Source: Balanoglossus misakiensis
Taxonomy: Eukaryota; Animalia; Hemichordata
Assembly: GCA_040954595.2 (NCBI GenBank)
Contig: CM082576.2
Coordinates: 14,635,129 to 14,699,128, forward strand
DNA: 64,000 nt
Reading direction: 5' to 3'
Below are positions 61,811 through 64,000 of this stretch, piece after piece (position 1 is the first letter of the stretch; each line of letters opens with the position of its first letter). The notes under the pieces were generated by a model, which searched no databases, had not been told where the DNA came from, and was given only the letters and a program-made list of their open reading frames with translations. The position numbers and the translations under genes were made by a program.

Positions 61811-63425
61811 TTTAAAAAGGCAACCATTTCATCAAGGAAAAATATGAAAATGTTGAAACTTTGAAAAATTCAGGAATATGGTATATGCTCGTTTGATTTC
61901 ATTAATTCAGAATTTTCGTTTGGCTTTTCTCTGGACTTCATTATGCAAGGAAACTTGCCGTATTGGTAAAGGTGACAAAATGCTTAGGGGCGACGTCAAA
62001 AGTTCAATGTAGGATAAAAAAATCAAATCGTTCAGTTTCCCCCACAGACTGAACCCCACCACTCACCCCAAAGAAACTTAATCGACTATGATTGAACATT
62101 AATACGACTTTTATACGACATCGATCCTTTAACGTCACCCCTTACATGTACAGTATCTGCATTTAGATTTTACCCCCAAAATGCGTTTAAAACGTATTTG
62201 GATATGCACACTTATTTCAAGAAAAGCCTCTGTGAGCTAGTAAAGTCCACATTTTAACTATCAAATCGACAGCTGTACTCATTTTACACATATATTATCT
62301 TATATTCTGTTCATTATTTTGGGGGAAGGAGATGCGAGTGGTAGAAAACTCCACAACATTTCTTGCAAATACGATACGGTGTAGTGCAGTTTTTAAATGT
62401 ATTAAATATTAGTTGTTACATTGACTTATGGTGAATAAAGTCGTGGTTAATATTGGACAATTTCTCGTGTTAGAGTGCCATATGCTTTCCATTCTACAAC
62501 TATACTACATCAATTGTTTCTGTCCCAGATTTCGGCACAAATTCAGGAAGTTTGAACAACGACCGCCCTGACACGGCTAAATTAACGTTCATATGTTAAA
62601 CCTTCGCATAAGAAAAACAAGAAATGTGCTCACGTGTAAGGTTATATTGACTTTGGTCAAAAAGTTCTTGAGATAAGCCCTATGAAAAAAATCCTTAAAC
62701 ATGGAACACTTATTACCTGAGGCACGCGCACTAAACCGATACTATTTTAATACTGCCAAACTTTCTGAGATATCTCGCCTATTTTGTGTCTTTTATTACA
62801 GTAAAAATATAAATACATCTTAATTAAATAAGTGTATCGACTTTTCAAAATAGTACAACATGCCATCTTTTCTGTACGTTTCTTTTTCAAAATCGTATCT
62901 TATGATCAACTCATTTTTAAGTCAATACTTCAACAGGTGTCCTAGCTCCTCTCTGTAACTCCAAATTTGTAAAGTTTGACAGATATCAATTCCTTTTAGA
63001 TGATACAGCGGGAGGACTTACCCACCCCGCACAACAGAACACTTATCGCGCATTGACAGCCGAGAAGGACGTGATGAGCTGTATACGTATATATACGTAT
63101 AGTATAGGCCTATATATATAGATGGTGATTCGAAAACTTTGACGCTCTCTTCTGGCCATAACCGCATGTAACACGGAAAAAACGTTTCGTCGGTTTTTTT
63201 TTCATCTTTACAACCAGCAAAAATCTACGACGGCCCAAAAGCAGAATATCGCTACTCCATACAACAACCGAGGCATAAACTGCTGTGTTTTGTGTTCTGA
63301 CGGTGTCCGACGTCATTTGTATTATTCTGGTGACGTCATTCGTTTTGAAATACTAGTACATGTGTAAGCGCAATTCGGATGATTTCTAGCCATCGCGATT
63401 TCCTGTATTAGTATTGTCATTCTAA

Positions 63426-64000
63426 GGCAGCGATCACAAAACACGGTAAGGGGGGGTCGGAGGATTTGTGAAACAAAATGTTACTTTTTTCAGACCCCCC
63501 CCCCCCCCCTCAATGCCTCACGAAAATGTTCAGCCCCCCCCCCTTCTCTGCATGGTCGGAAACTTTAATTTTCAAGGCCCATGAAACGTATGTTGGAAAT
63601 TGGTAAACGGAAATTGGAAAATGGTATAACCCACACCAAGTTGGGCGGAAGATGGTCCTGGCACTTTTTTCCCATGATTCAAATTACAGTAAACGCCATT
63701 CTGCCAACTTTCCCTCGTTTTTGTAAAAAATCGCGCGACTAATACATGGCGAAAATTTTTTTTTGAAAGAGTGACCTCTGAAAGCTACCAATTATGTAGA
63801 AATCAGCTGGACCGGATTTCACATTTAACTAAGACAAAGAATTTTGATCAATCATTTTGTCAGTAAAAGTTTGACATCATACTGATTAAATGGCGCGGCC
63901 GCTTAGCAATTTGGAAAAAAAAGGTGCAAGAAGAGATTCACACACATGCTAACACCCAACTTGAAATCAAAACAAATTCTTTTCACTGGGTTATACCCTC
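63426..64000. mobile_element. Possible start of a Harbinger-like MITE (other end not seen)
   Basis: TAA-GGCAGCGATCACAAAACAC...GGGGGGG followed by C-runs, resembling the end of the 10266-11065 element. Confidence 0.4.

Larger units (their letters stand above)
54140..62450. repeat. Right arm of inverted segmental duplication
   Basis: Collinear reverse-complement identity to 36463->35098, then 25722->19822, including intergenic DNA, introns and the post-stop microsatellite. Confidence 0.9.

Noticed and set aside
63110-63316. 68-aa minus-strand ORF near a TGACGTCA site at the right edge
   Set aside because: No family motif and no supportable exon chain within the window.

Overview
Eukaryotic (animal) genomic DNA: AT-rich, GT-AG introns, many MITEs and microsatellites. 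A marine invertebrate deuterostome is my inference from gene content only. Seven protein-coding genes were reconstructed by hand with phase-consistent exons: VPS39 (minus, 14 exons, runs off the left edge); a CDS-intronless POGLUT1/rumi head-to-head with it; two ~91%-identical galactose-3-O-sulfotransferase-like genes; a 17-exon ARSB-like sulfatase; a divergent HIPK/DYRK-like kinase; and a secreted C-type-lectin + F5/8 protein. Two features stand out. (1) The sulfatase has an intact 516-aa ORF and FGly motif (CSPSR), but its metal/sulfate-binding site is rewritten (ADDLG->ACSSG, DN->DH, LRGxK->LRGGG). It lies head-to-head with a sulfotransferase and near a QPD/WND galactose-type lectin, forming a candidate sulfated-glycan writer/reader cluster. 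(2) A large inverted segmental duplication (about 19.8-36.5 kb vs 54.1-62.5 kb) whose right arm keeps the sulfotransferase but lacks the ~9.4-kb sulfatase. All coordinates were read by eye and no database searches were run.
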